Assembly: GCF_009914755.1 (NCBI RefSeq)
Contig: NC_060932.1
DNA from: the human T2T-CHM13v2.0 reference genome, Homo sapiens
Strand: one strand, 5' to 3'
Length of the DNA stretch: 64,000 bases
Below are positions 24,077 through 38,723 of this stretch, in pieces (position 1 is the first letter of the stretch; each line of letters opens with the position of its first letter). Under the pieces are notes generated by a model, which did no database searches, was not told the origin of the DNA, and saw only the letters and a list, made by a program, of their open reading frames with translations. A program made the translations under genes and the position numbers.

Positions 24077-27000
24077 AAGTTTACCATTGCATGTGGTGTG
24101 GTTTATGGTGCCCCCAAACAATTATGATAGTAACAGTAAAGATCATGGATCACCATAACAGACATAGTAATAATAAAGTTTGAAACATAGCAAGAGTTAT
24201 CAAAATGTGGCACAGAGACACAAAGCTAGCACATGCTGTTAGAAAAAATGGTGCCAATAGACTTGCTCGGAGCAAAGTTGTCACAAACGTTTAATTAGTA
24301 AGAAGTGCAGGATCTGAGGCATGCAATAAATACAATAAAACAAGATATGCCTATATATACTAAAATGATTACTACAGTGAAACAAATTACATCATTTTTC
24401 TCACATAATTACCTTGTTGTGTGTATATGTGTGGTAAGAACACCTGAAATTTACTCTTTTGGTAAATTTTATTACACAATACAGTATTTATTAATTACAG
24501 TAATCATAGTTTACATTAGATTTCTAGACTTATTTATCCAACATAACTGTAACTTTGGACCCTTTGACCAACATCTCCCTATCCCCTTCCACTTATAACC
24601 ACCATTATACTCTACTCTATGTATTCAGCATTTTTAGTTTCCACATATAAGTGACATCATGCAGTAGTTTTCTTTCTGTGTCTGGCTTATGTCACTTAAC
24701 ATAATGTCTTTCAGTTTCACTCATGTTGTTGCAAAGGGCAGGATCTTCTTTTTTTTTAATTTGAATAATATTCCATTGTGTGTGTATACATTATATTATA
24801 TTTTATTACATTCAGCAATTTATCCATTCACCCATCAATGGACATTTAGGTTGTTTCCATATCCTGGCTATTGTGAATAATATTCCAATAAACATGCAAG
24901 TGCAAATATCTCTACAGAATGACAATTTCATTTCTTTTGGTTACATATTTACACCCTTTCTAACACTTATCTCTTGCCTGTTTGATAATATTCATTCTAA
25001 TAGGTGTGAGGTGGTATCTCAGTGTGGTTTTGATTTGCATTTTCTTCATGATTAGTGGTGATGGGAATCTTCTCATACACCTCTGGGCCATTTGTATTTC
25101 TTCTCTCTATTCAGATTCTTTGTCTATTTTTTAATTGGATTATTTATTTTTATTTTTTGTTGAGTTGTATGAGGTCCTTATATTATCCTGGATATTATTC
25201 TTTTACTGGTTATATGGTTTGTAAATATTTTCTTCAAATATGTAGGTTGCCTTTTCATTTTGTCGATTTTTTTCTTTGATGAGCAGAAGATTTTTAGTTT
25301 GACATAGCCCCACTTATTTATTTTTGCTTCTGTGGCCTGAGGGTTTTTTGTGATATCTAAAAAATCATCACTGGACCAATGTCTGGAAGCTTTATTCCTA
25401 TGCTTTCTTCTGGAAATCTTACAGTTTTCGGTCTTATGTTTAAGTTTTAAATTCATTTTGAGTTAATTTTTTGTGTATGGTATAAAATAAAGGTTCAAAT
25501 TCATTCTTTTGCATGTGGCTATCCACTGTAGCCAACATCATTCTTTGAAAGATTATCCTTTCCCCATCGTGTATGTGTGGTGCCCTTGTTGAAAATTAGC
25601 TAACCATATATGTTTTGTTTTGTTTTTTGTCTCTCTGTGCCTGATTTATTTCACTTAGCATAATGTCTTCCAGTTTCATCCACGTTGCTGCACATGATGG
25701 GATTTCATTCTTTTTTATGTCTGAAAAATAGTCACTTTTTCTTTATTCATTCATCCATTGAAGGACACTTAGGTTGTTTCCATACCTTGGCTACTGTGAA
25801 TAATGCTGCAATGAACATGGGAGTGCAGATGTCTCTTTCAGATCCCAGTTTCAATTTCTTTGGATATATACCCAGAACAGGGATTGCTGGATCATGGGAG
25901 TAGTTCTATTTTTAGTTTTTTGAAAAAATTCCATACTGTTTTCCATAATGTCTGTGCCAATTCACATTCTCACCATCCAGTTTACAAAGGTGTGCCTTTG
26001 TTCACATCCTTACCAATACTTATCATTTGACTTTTTGATAATCGCCATTCTTTTTTTTTTTTTTTTTTTGATAATTGCCATTCTAATAGGTAAGAGATGA
26101 TATCTCATTGTGGTTTTGATTTGCATTTCCCTGATGATTAGTGATGTTGATGACTTTTTTATATACCCTTTGGCCTTCTTTAGAGAAATGTCCATTCAGA
26201 TTTTTGCCCATTAAAAAAAATATTTATCCTTCAACTTTTAAGTTCTGGGGTAGATGTGCAGGATGTGCAGGTTTGTGTTACCTTGGTAAACGTGTGCCTT
26301 GGTGATTTGCTGCATACATCAACCCATATGGTTGGGTTTTTTTAGCTCTCTTTTCTGTTTCATTGATCTAAGTGTCTGTTTCTATATTGTTTTGCTTACT
26401 TAAAGCTTTGTTATATAATTTGAAATGAGAAAGTGTAATGATTCTAACTTAGTTCTTTCTCAAGATTATTTTGACTAAAAAAGGTATTTTACAGTTCATA
26501 TGAATTTTAGAATTTTTTTCTATTTTTGTGAAAAAATACCATTGGAATTTTGATAGAGATTATGTTTTATTTGTATATTGCTTTGGGTTATATGGACATT
26601 TTAACAAGATTCATTCTTCTAATCCATAAACCTGGGATATATTTCCATTTACTTGTGCCTTCCTTAATTTCTTTTATCAAGGTTTTATAGTTTTCAGTGT
26701 ACAGATATTTCACTTCTTTGATTTAATTTATCTTGAAACATTTTATTTTTGATGTATTTTAAGTGGGATTGTTTTCTGGATTTCTTTTTTGATTAGATCA
26801 TTATTAGTGTAAAGAAAAGCAACTAATTTTTGTATATTGATTTTGCATTTTGCCACTTTACTGAATTTGTTTATTAGTTTCTATAGATTTTTATTTTTTT
26901 TGTAGAGTCTTTAGCATTTTCTACGTATAAGATCATTTGCAAATGGGTAATTTTACTTCTTCCTTTCTGATTTGGATTATCTTTCTACACTGATTGCTCT

Positions 27001-27789
27001 TGCAATCCATTACTATGTTGACTAGAAGTGGTAATAGTAGGCATCCTTGCCTTTTACCAGATCTTGGAGGAAAAGCTTTTAAGTTTTTCCTCACTGATTA
27101 TGACATCTCTGGCCTTTTCATAAATAGCCTTTATTGTGTTGCAGAAGTTTCCTTCCATATATATTTTATTTAGAGTTTTTGTTACATATGGGTGTTCAAC
27201 TTTGTCAAATGCTTTCTATACCTATAAAGATAATCAAGGGGTTTTTTATGTTTCATTATGTTAATGCAATGTATCACTTTGATTAATTTGTGTATGTTCA
27301 ACCAAACTTGCACCTTAGGGATAAATCCCACTTGGTTGTGGAGTATAATCTTTTTGATGTGTTCTTAAATTCAGTTTGTTAGTATTTTATTGAGGATTTT
27401 TGCATCCATGTTCACCAGATATATTGGCCTGTGGTTTTCTTTTATAATGTTGTTGTCTGGTTTTGGTGTTAGGGTAATGCTGGTCTCATAGAACAAGTTA
27501 AGAAATATTATTTTTGCTTCAATCCTCTGAAAGAGATTGTAGAGAATTCATACAATTTTTTTCCTTAATATTCCACAGAATTCACCAGTGAACTAATCAG
27601 GGCTTGGTCTTTTTGCTCTGGAAGGTTATTAATTATTGGTTCAATTTCTTTAATAAATAAAAGTCTATTCAGATCGTCTTTTTCTTGAGTGAGTTTTGTC
27701 AAATTGTGTCTTTTAAGGAATTGGTTCATTGGCTCAATCTAGATTACAAATTTATGAGCATACAGTTGTTCGTAGAATTCCCTTATTAT

Positions 27790-28102
<313 letters not shown>

Positions 28103-28556
28103 TTAATGTCCAGAGGATCTGTTGTCATGTCCCCTCTTTTATTTCTGATATTAGTAATTTGTGTTCTCTCTTTTTGTTTCTTAGTTAACCTGGCAAGAGT
28201 CATATTGATCTTATTGATCTTTTCAAAGAACTAGCTTTTGGTTTTGTTGAGCTTCTTTATGGATTTCCTCTTTTCAGTTCATTGATTTCTGCTCTCATTC
28301 TTATTGTTTATTTTCTCCCACTTTAGATCTAATTTGCTCTTCTTTTCCTAATTTCATAGGGTGAAAACTTAGATTATTTATTTTCTATTTTTCTTGCTTT
28401 TTACTATATGCATTGAATGCTATAAACTTCCCTCTATGCACTACTTTCATTGCATCTTAAAAATTTTGTTGTGTTTTCATTTTTATTTAGTTCCAAATGT
28501 TTTTAGATTTTTCTTGAGATTTCATCTGTGACCTATGTGTTATTAAAAACTATGGT

Positions 28557-28924
<368 letters not shown>

Positions 28925-31584
28925 TTATTGATTTCTAATTTAATTTTACCGTGGTCTGAGAGCAGACATTTCATGATTTCTGTTCCTTTACATTTGTTAA
29001 GATATGTTTCCTGGTGCAGAATGTGCTTTATATTTGTGTATGTTTCATGTGAGCTTCAAAGGAATGTGTATTTTGCTATTGTTAAATGAAGTCGTCTATA
29101 AATGTTGATTACATCAGTTAATTGATGATGGTGTTGAGTTCTACTATGTCCTTAATAATTTTTTTGTCTGCTGGATCTGTCCACTTCAAATAGAGGAATG
29201 TTGAAGTTTCCAACTATAATAGTGGATTCATTTATTTTTCCTTTCCTTGCATTTTCATCATTTTTTGCCTCATGTGGTTTGATGCTGTGTTGTTAGGCAC
29301 ATACCTATTAAAGATTGTTATATTTTCTTGCAGAATGACCCCTTGATCATTGTGTACTGCTCTTTATCCATGATAATTGTCCTTGCTTTGAAGTTTGCTC
29401 TGTCTTAAATTAATACAGCCACTCCTGATTTCTTTTGATTAGTGTTACATGTATATTTTTCTTCATCCTCTTACTTTTAATCTATATGTGTCTTTATATT
29501 CAAAGTGGGTTTCTTCCAGACAACATAGAGTTGGGCCTTTTTTTTTTTTGTCCACTCTGACAACATCTGTCTCTTAAACCATTGATGTTAAAGTGATTAT
29601 TGATATAGTTGGATTAATATCTACATATCTGTTATTGTTTTCTATTTGTTGCCCTTGTTATTTGTTCCTTCTTTGCCTTCCATTCTTTTTCTGCCTTCTA
29701 TAGTTTTAATTGAGAATTTTATATGACTTCATTTTCTCTCCTTCCTTAGCATATTAGTTAATACTTCTTTTTAAACTTTGTTTTTAGTGGTTGCCCTAGA
29801 GTTTTCCATATACATTGACAACAAATCCACATCCAGTTTCAATATACATTGACAACTAATCCACATCCACTTTCAAATAACACCATAGTGCTTTATAGAT
29901 AGTGTGAGTACTTTATAGTAACAAAATAATCCTAATTCCTCCATTTGATTCCCAGATTCATTGTAGTCATTCAGTTCACATATATTAGCATGCATAAGTA
30001 TATATATAAAAAGTGTACATAATTAGACACATTGTTGCTATTGTTATTTTGAACAAACATTTGTTAGACTAAGAAAATAACATGTTTATTTTACATTACT
30101 TATTCCTTCCTCAATGCTCTTCTATTCTATATGTAGATCTGAGTTTCTGACATATCATTTTCCTTCCCTCTGAAGAACTTAACATTTTTTGCAAGGCAGA
30201 TGTACTGGCAACAAATTTCCTCATTTTTGGTTGTCTGAGAAAGTCTTCTTTTATCCTTCACTTTTAAAGGATAATTTCAAAGGATACAAAATTCTAGGCT
30301 GGTGTTTTTTCTCTCAACACTTTAAATATTTCACTCAAATTTTTCCATGCTTGCACAGTGTCTGAGGAAAAGCTGAATACAAGTTTTCTTTTTGTTCCTT
30401 TTACAGGTAAGGTGCTTTTTTCCTGTGGCTTCTTTCAGGGTTTTTTTCTTTATCTTTGATTTTCTGTAATTTGAAAATGATTTACCTAGGTGTAGTTTGT
30501 TTTTTGGTTTGTTTGCTTGTTTTTTGGCATTTAGCCTGCCTAGTGTTCTCTGATCTTCCTGAATCTGTGGTTTTATGTCTGACATTAATTTGGAGGAAAT
30601 TCTCAAACATTATTGTTTCAAATATTTCTTATGTTCTTTTCTCTGTTTCTTCTTCTGTATTCCCATTATGAGTACGTTACATCTTTTATTATCGTCCCAT
30701 AGTCCTGGGATAGTCTGGTTTTTTTTCACTTTTTTTCTCTTTGCTTTTCAATTTTAAAAGTTTCTGTTCATATATCCTCAAACTCAGAGATTCTTTCCTT
30801 AGTTGTATCTATTTGATAAGCCTGCCAAAGGCATACTTTAATTCTGTCACAGTGTTTTTGATCTATAGCATTTCTTTTTGTTTCTTCTTAGGAGTTCTGT
30901 TTCTCTACTTACATTGTCCATCAGTTTTTGCAAGCCGTCTATCCGTTAGAACTTTTACATATTCATTGATGTTGTTTTAGATTACTGGTCTGATAATTCC
31001 AATATCCCAGTCATGTCTGGCTTTGGTACTTGCTCTGTCTCTTTGAATTGTGTTTTTTACCTTTTGGTGTGCCCTATAATTTTTTTATTTTTGATAGTTG
31101 GACATCATGTACTGGGTAGAAAAAACTGCTATAAATAGGCCTTTAATAATGTGGTGGCAAGGTGTGTGGGGAAGGGAAGCATTCTATAATTCCATGAATA
31201 TGTCTCAGTCTTTTAGTGAGCCTGTGCTTCTGGCCTGTGAACTTCACAAATGTTTCTCAGGTTTTTTCCTCCTCCCTTAGGTTGGATAGGATGGTTAGAG
31301 TGGGCTGGAGGAGTTGGGTGTTTCTCTTCCTTCACATAGAAGGCTAGAGTGTGTTGGAGTTAGAGATTTGTTTTTCCCCAGGTCAGCTAGGCTCTGATAA
31401 TACCCCAGCAAGTTAGTGTCTGGTTAACTAGTTTCCCCTGAGGGCAGGCTTTGTTAAGAAGAACAGAGTGCTCTGGCTTATTTCAGAATGGTTCAATTTC
31501 CCCCACCCCGGCGAAGAGCAAGAGGGGATTTTTCTGTGATATTTACTTAGAAATCGGGGAACTCTTAGAGGTGAATCTGACAAT

Positions 31585-31587
<3 letters not shown>

Positions 31588-31617
<30 letters not shown>
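31588..31617. repeat. (TG)n microsatellite, about 15 units
   Basis: Direct read. Confidence 0.95.
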
Positions 31618-31618
<1 letters not shown>

Positions 31619-32774
31619 GTAGGGGGTGCCCATTGATGGTGTCTCTCTGGAGTTTTTAACCCTCAGACTTGTCTGCACTGAGTCTCCAGCAACTTGTCAA
31701 TTACAGTTCAGGTTTTCCTGCCTTTCCACAGTTTCCACTTGTCATTCTCTGCTCCAGAAACTTGTGACTCCCTCTTTTAGCCTGTCTGTTTCTCCAGTTT
31801 TGGGATCAGCAGTTTAATCTAGTGACCTTACTGCTCTTACATACACAAAAAGAGTTGTTTTTTCAATCTATTTAACTTTTTACTTGTTTGGATGGAGTGG
31901 TCGTTTCCAAGCTCCTTACACGCAAAACCAGAAAACCCATCATTAGAATTTTGGAAGAGAGGAAACTTTGTTTTTACTTTGAAATTTCTTCAGTAGCTAT
32001 AATCAAGTTCCTGGGGCTTTAACAACCCCCAGTACGTAATTCTCAGTCTACTTGCTATTCAGTCAAGTTTTAAGTCAAGTTTCCCAGTCGCTCCATCCAA
32101 TCAGATTCTCCTGTATAAAAAAATTTAAGGAGCCAGTTTATGCTGTCGTATTTTATGAATGTACTTTTGGTTTACATGTTAGTGGGCATTTAACTCTGGC
32201 TTCTTTTTACTTTTTCCAATGAACCCTCTAAGAAAAAAGAGTTTATAGCTGTGTCAATAAAAGAAAAAAAATGCTGACGTCTTACTGTCACTTATGCTAA
32301 CAGACAATTCGTCTGTTTTCATGATTAAAAATTTTTTTACCAGGGATGACAGTCTGTAAATGTGGGCATGAAGCAGGCCGGTATGCCAACTAACTGTTCT
32401 TGTACATGAGAAAGCTAGGATATCAGAATATAAAAAATATTTTGTATATTTTTTTAGTTTCAGTTTTCTTTAAAATAAATTTTTTAGTCATCCAGCCCAA
32501 AATGTCATCTTTTTTTTTGTTTTGTTTAGGGAAAGAAAAATAGTAGATTCCAAATGCATTCATTTCTGGTTTAACTAGTGTTAGGGAGGATGTGGGTTGA
32601 AGTTGAATATGTAGAAAGGGAGATAGAACAGCATACATGGGTAAAATTCATAACAACATCAATAGTGGACTTACATCTCTTTTTGAGAGTTTGGGGAGTT
32701 TAAACAATTCAGCATTTTTTAATGTTATCCTATTATACATTAAAAGATAACTTTTATCCCAGATTAAGCACTGC

Positions 32775-32990
32775 AGGGTAATCGAAAAAGCACAGGCTTT
32801 GCAGTTAGGAAAACCTACTTAAAATCTTGATTTTGCTACTTGCTAATTGTGTGACCTTGGTCAAGAGTAGTTCTAAAATCTGAAAAATGGTGGTTTCTAC
32901 CTCATTTTGTTGTAAGAATTAAAAAAGAACCATATGTAAAGTGCTTGGTGGGATGCTAGCCAGTTCAAGTAGCTGGTGTTTAATGCAGTT
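32775..32990 (+). mobile_element. MIR
   Basis: aaagcacaggctttgcagttag…tgtgtgaccttgg…atgtaaagtgcttgg core. Confidence 0.75.
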
Positions 32991-34189
32991 ATAATAAGCA
33001 TCTATTAAGGTTAACATATTAAAGTGCTCAATTTAGACTCAAGATTCTTATCTTAAGATGCATCTAATCCTGATACATTATAATTGACTAGGGCAACCAT
33101 TCCCATGCCCTTTATGTTAGAAAAATTCCATGGTGATTTTACTGGTGCATGATTATTGGATGGTTATTGTTAATTTCCATTCATGGGTCATAATTCATTA
33201 ACCACAGGTGCCATTTTGAATGACCTTTTGACTTCCACATCGCAAACAATGCCAGCATGAAGCAAAGTGAGGTCTGTTGATCATAAGCGATAAGTACATT
33301 TTTGAGGTACTTTGTGATTGCCAAAGCTGAGTGCAGTCTCAGTGACTCTTAGGTTATCAAAACCCCTTTCAATTAGCTATGGCACAAAATCAATAAATCT
33401 CCTGGGAAAAATGTCTTCAAGGGAGATGAAAAAGGAGTATTTTAAGGTCTCAACAAAAATGAGAGTAAAATATGCTAATCAGTAACAAATAAAAAAAAAG
33501 AGAGAAAGAAACACTGAAAATCCATCTGACACAAAACAAATTTTATTCTAAGATCTTTGTGTTTGCATTTTCAGGAAACAAAACATTAAGAATGTTCCCT
33601 GGCCATTAGGGAGCATTGGAAAGTTGGATTCTTCTCTATTTTGTTTCTGGGAATAATGAAGTTTTGGTATACGCAGAGCTGAATCAGATTGAAAGATTTA
33701 ATTCCTCTAGGAAAGTGTTGTTTTTCATTGTTTTTTCTTTTTTTCCTTTTTAACATCATGTATGTGCCCAGGGAGAGTCTTGATGAGCACTAAACAAATA
33801 TCTTGTTAGTTAGATGGAAAGCAATTAGAATGTTCTTATATGCACAGCACTCAGCACCGTGGTGTTTGGTGTCATGGAAATGCAAATTAACTAAAGCACC
33901 AATAATTATAATGTTAATGATGATAAGCATTGTTTAAAAATTATTTGAAGATAAGCAGAGTTATCTATAAGTAGATAAACATGCACTAAGTATATATGTA
34001 GATATGTGAGCATATATAGAGCCATTTTTCACTTTATGAAATATATTTACATTAATGAAGTTGAATTTCAACTGACTTTCCAAAAGCAAATCATATTTTC
34101 TAACCCATTCCACTTACATAATTGGAAATGTTTTTCATGGGTGATAATGAAACTGAACAGCAAATACTGGTCTGGAATTTGTTAATAAA

Positions 34190-34735
34190 GTTTTTATTCA
34201 GCAACAATTTTTCAGCAATCACTATGTGCCCTCCACTGTATATAAGTTGGGGATGCAATACTAAATCAGGCGCTCCCTGTTTTCAAGGGGTTTTTTCTTT
34301 AGCTAGAAACACAGAGAAGTAAACAAGGAATTTCAACACCATGTGATATGTGTTATAGAAAGATACTATAGAGCCCTATGGGAGAACACAGAGGGTACCT
34401 AATCCAGTCAACCGTGGCAGGAAAAGTTTCCTGGATGTGATGGTATCTAAGCACAAGAAGGAATTATGTAGGCAAAAGTAGAGTCGAAGGTAGATTTGGG
34501 GGTTAGTGCTGATGGTGGATGTAGTGATGGTGGTGGTGGTAAAGGGAACAACATGTACAAAAGCACAGAGCTTAGAGGGAGCATAAGGTGCTTCTGGGCC
34601 TGCATCTTTTAAGTATTGCTGAGAGAATTTAATGTGGGGGAATGGACGGAGTTTGATGGTGAGATATGAGGTTGGAGAGGTAGGCAGGGGCCAAAATAAG
34701 AATAAATCTATAGCCTGTGGAAGAAGAATTGCCAT
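34190..34735 (-). mobile_element. L2 fragment
   Basis: ttattcagcaac…cactatgtgcc and purine-rich L2 antisense body. Confidence 0.6.
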
Positions 34736-34930
34736 TCAGTGGTATGCTAGTAAACTGCTCTTGGAATAAAATGCTCTGTTTTGTAGTACTTGCCCATTTC
34801 TGTGGTGTAAATACTCCCACCATGGCTGTATGCTACCGATAATTGAACAACTGGCTTGCAAAATGTTTTTTTCTGGATATTTAACAAGTGGCTCTTGAGA
34901 GCCAGTTCAAGCTGGTTCCATTCATCCCAG
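34736..34930. mobile_element. MER63-like hAT MITE
   Basis: CAGTGGTATGCTAG start; gagccagttcaagctggttcca end. Confidence 0.6.
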
Positions 34931-35489
34931 AACTCACTGCTAGAGACTAGATCAGCATAGATCTGATATTGGGATGGAGACTACAGATAAAAAGACAAGC
35001 AGATGTACTGGTTATTGTAACCCAGCAATACTTTTTATAACCTTTCCTTTTGTAGGCTGCAACTGAACCTTACCTCCTCAACTCCAATGCATGCTTTTAT
35101 ACTCACAAAATCTGCAGCTCATTTTACTATGGGATACTTTCAGTCTTGTGTGAGCAGAACTTAGAATCTTAGTATTATTATAGAAGAGATCTTTGAAATT
35201 TTCTAGCACAACTCTTTAAGAGTTTAGGAAACGAAGCTCATGTTACAACTAATATTTGCAGAACCAGTTATATATCCTCTATATCCTCTATGACGTTTCC
35301 AGCCTTCCCCACCTCAGCCATTAGCCATCCTCAGAATCTCCCTAACCCTACAATTTCTTTACACTATCAGTCACTTAATTTTAGTTCTTTGCTCCCCATC
35401 TAAATATTTATGATTCAACTAAGCTGCAAGATCATACTTTGCTGGTTTCAGACTTGGAGTTCCCTTATTTTAACATTGTAGATGTTCTT

Positions 35490-36725
35490 AACTGTTTTGT
35501 CTTTTGGTTGTTAAAAGCTTAAGTATGATATGTGTTGGCGTAAATTACTTTGGGTTTATCTCGTTTGTGATTTTGTTTAGCTTTTTAAATACGTGGGTTT
35601 ATATCTTTTGCCAAATTTGAGAAGTTTTCAACTATAATATTGTTTCGTTCATTATTTTTGCAGGCCTACCTTTTTTCTCCTCTGCTTCTGGGACTTCAAT
35701 GGCACAACTGTTAAATCTTTTGTTATAGTATCATTTGAAACCCTGTTTAACTTTTTTTCAGTCTATTTTCTCTCCATTCCTTAATTTGGATAATTTTAAT
35801 TATTCTGTTTTCAAGTTCACCAATACTTTCTTCTGTCCTCTCCATTCTGATATTATGGCTGTTGCTGAGATTTTTTGATTTTTTTTTTGTCTTATGAGAT
35901 TTCACTTGGTTCTATTTTATACATTATATTTTATACTTCCTATTTCTTTGCCAAGAACTATTTCTTTGCATTTTTGTGATGGCTGCTTTAAAAATCTTTG
36001 TTAGATAACTTTACCCTTTGTGTCACCTCTCTGTTGGTGTTGTTGATAGTATTTTCTCATTCAAGTTGTGATTTTCCTGATTCTTGGTATGATGGGAGAT
36101 TTTTTATTGTATCCTGCATATTTTTGGCATGATGTAGTGACACTGTGGATTTGATTTAAATCTTATGATGTAGTAGGTCTTTTCTGACACTGCAGCTCTG
36201 GGCAAACATGGCTGCAGCCTCATTACTATCTCTGGAAGGTAGAAGTGCAAGTCTCCCCTCAGCCTCCACTGAAACCCTAGAGTAGGGGTAGAGTGTCTCT
36301 CTGTTGGTGGATATAGGTGGGAATCAAACCTCCTTGCTGGCTGCATTGACACCACTCTGGTTGGGAGGGAAGGGGAGGCTGTTTACTGCCCACATGTGTC
36401 TTCCACTGACATCATGTGGGTGGGAGTTACTGTCAGGTGGGATGAAAGTCCTGCTCCCCAACTCCAACTTCTCTGATTAACCTCCCACCCCCCAGCGGGA
36501 GGGGTGCCTTGTTATAGCTGGATAAGAGTGGAAGTCTATGTTCCTTTCTTGGCTTTTGCTGGCAGGTCTGGGGTGTGCCATAGTTTTCTCTCTTTGGTTG
36601 GTTGTAGTAAGTCTTCTGTTTTGTTAGGCTGCCATTGTTTTTGATCCTTTGGCTACAAAAAGTTGGCTGTTCTTGTTTTTTTTTTTAACCTGTTAACTGG
36701 CTTTCTGGGTTGTTGGCTTCTTTAG
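35490..36725 (-). mobile_element. Old L1M 5'/ORF1 fragment
   Basis: Antisense L1 ORF1 motifs (ccaaatttgagaagttttca, tttcaagttcaccaat). Confidence 0.65.
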
Positions 36726-38359
36726 CACTTAAAGTGTTCTAAAAAATCTGTATGCCTTTTTACCTTTTATTAAAAAGTTATCTTTAAGGCCAATGGATAA
36801 AACATTTAGAGATTTTAATTTCAAAATTTGAGAAAAAGAGTGAAAGTCAGAACTGTCCAGAAATGGAATCTGGACAGTGGGATTCGTAGTAAGTGGAATA
36901 TTCTGTGTCATTAGCTGTTGTAGACGAAATTAAAAAATCAGAAAAGGGATTGCACTAACATTTAAAAGGTCTCTTTCAACTCTAAATATCTGATATTTGG
37001 AAACCAGCAGCTTCAGAAAGTCTTCCTTAGTGAAGAGAGTTGTGGCATTGAGGCATCACAGGTTGAAGATGTATTCCATGATCCTTCCACTATGCAGTGT
37101 TTTCTTATTTACACAGTAAAGATTAAGAATAGCAGAGGGAGGATGTGGGGTTGTAAAGGAGTGTGAAGTAGCTTATAAGAGCCCAGGAGGCTGGGCTGTG
37201 TTTTCACGATGTTTATATTGTGTTTGGCCTGCTAAAAACTTCATGATCAGTTATAAAAATGTTTCTGATATTTAGCCCACATAATTTTTCTGTATCCTAG
37301 ACAGGAAAAAAGAAAGCATTGGCCTTTATATAAAATAAATGTGTGTGTGAATTTATAACAAAGTATTTGGAATGATTTACGAACATTTGGATCTCAATTA
37401 ATGAAATATAAATTTTTGCCTACATGTATGTAATACAATATTCCATTATGCACTTGTCTGTATCTGAGAAGTCATAATTATCCTTTGAGAATATATTTAT
37501 TTTAGCCACATGTTGGAACTAGGGAGATCCATAGGTAATAGCATTCTTAAATACTGGAGATTCTGGATTGTGTAATTCCAAATGCTCTTTATTATGGAAA
37601 TAATATAATGTGATTCAAAAGCAAATACATTATATGATGGGCATCTCAATAAAGTGTTATATGGAAAAAACCCCAAAAACTAAGGTACACACCCTTAAAA
37701 GGTTAACTAGTTCATCTCTTGATTCCTGTGAACTTGAAAAAGGTCTGTATTGCCATAGGGGATGATAAGGAAATTAGTCAGTGTAATTAGAATTTGCTAA
37801 TGCAAATCTGTTGTTATTCAGCTGTGGAATTACCCCCAATGAGACTTATTTGCCATGTCATCAGCTATGCATATTTTCAGCTAGCCACATTGGGGGCTCC
37901 AGCAACACTAAAGACCAATTTGGCATTTGTTCTCAAGTGTCATTTTCATTAACATTGGTGGGTGTAAAGCATAAACAGTGAAGGAAAAATTATTTCCCTT
38001 TGCAGTTATCATGAATTGCAAAATGAGAGAAGTGGCAAAGCAGTGGCATTTTGTTTTGTTTTGTTTTGTTTTTTTACTTTTAAGGATTTACTGAGCAATA
38101 TCGCTGCAGGGCTTTTTGTTTGTTAATGGCCAGAAGATTAGATTTTTCAATATTCTTTTATGTTCAAATTGCGATCCTTATATAATTTTTATAAATAATG
38201 TTTTATGCAGGCGAAGATTAAGTAACTAAAAGTCATATAGGGTGGTTAGGAACTTTGTTGGCTAATAGAGTCTTAAAAATGTAAAATTTAGGATTTAGTG
38301 AGAAAGGATTGACATGTGATGAGAATTAGAATGAAGAGGATTTATTTAACTATTTAGTC

Positions 38360-38495
38360 TGTATGCATACATACACATAAACCATGTGTATTTATGTATA
38401 TGTATGTATACATATATAGTCTACATATATATGTATACCCATATATCTACATGCATACATATGTGTGTATACATATATGAATTGATGTATATATA
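38360..38495. repeat. TA/CA-rich simple repeat
   Basis: tatgtatatgtatgtatacatatat-type sequence. Confidence 0.8.
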
Positions 38496-38723
38496 AACCT
38501 TTTAGCCAATTTACTTCCTGTTAATGTCTTTCTTTTTAAGTGAAGGCACTATTTTCTTACCTTGCTATTATTATTATTACTACTGTGATTATTATTGTTC
38601 TTTTCCACCTTAAAATACCTTTAAGTTTCTCTGTCTAGAGTTTGCCATAAAATAAGTGCATGTTGTTAGATTTTATTTCTCCATTATATATTTTCCCATT
38701 TTTATTGCTGTGAATTTTACTTA

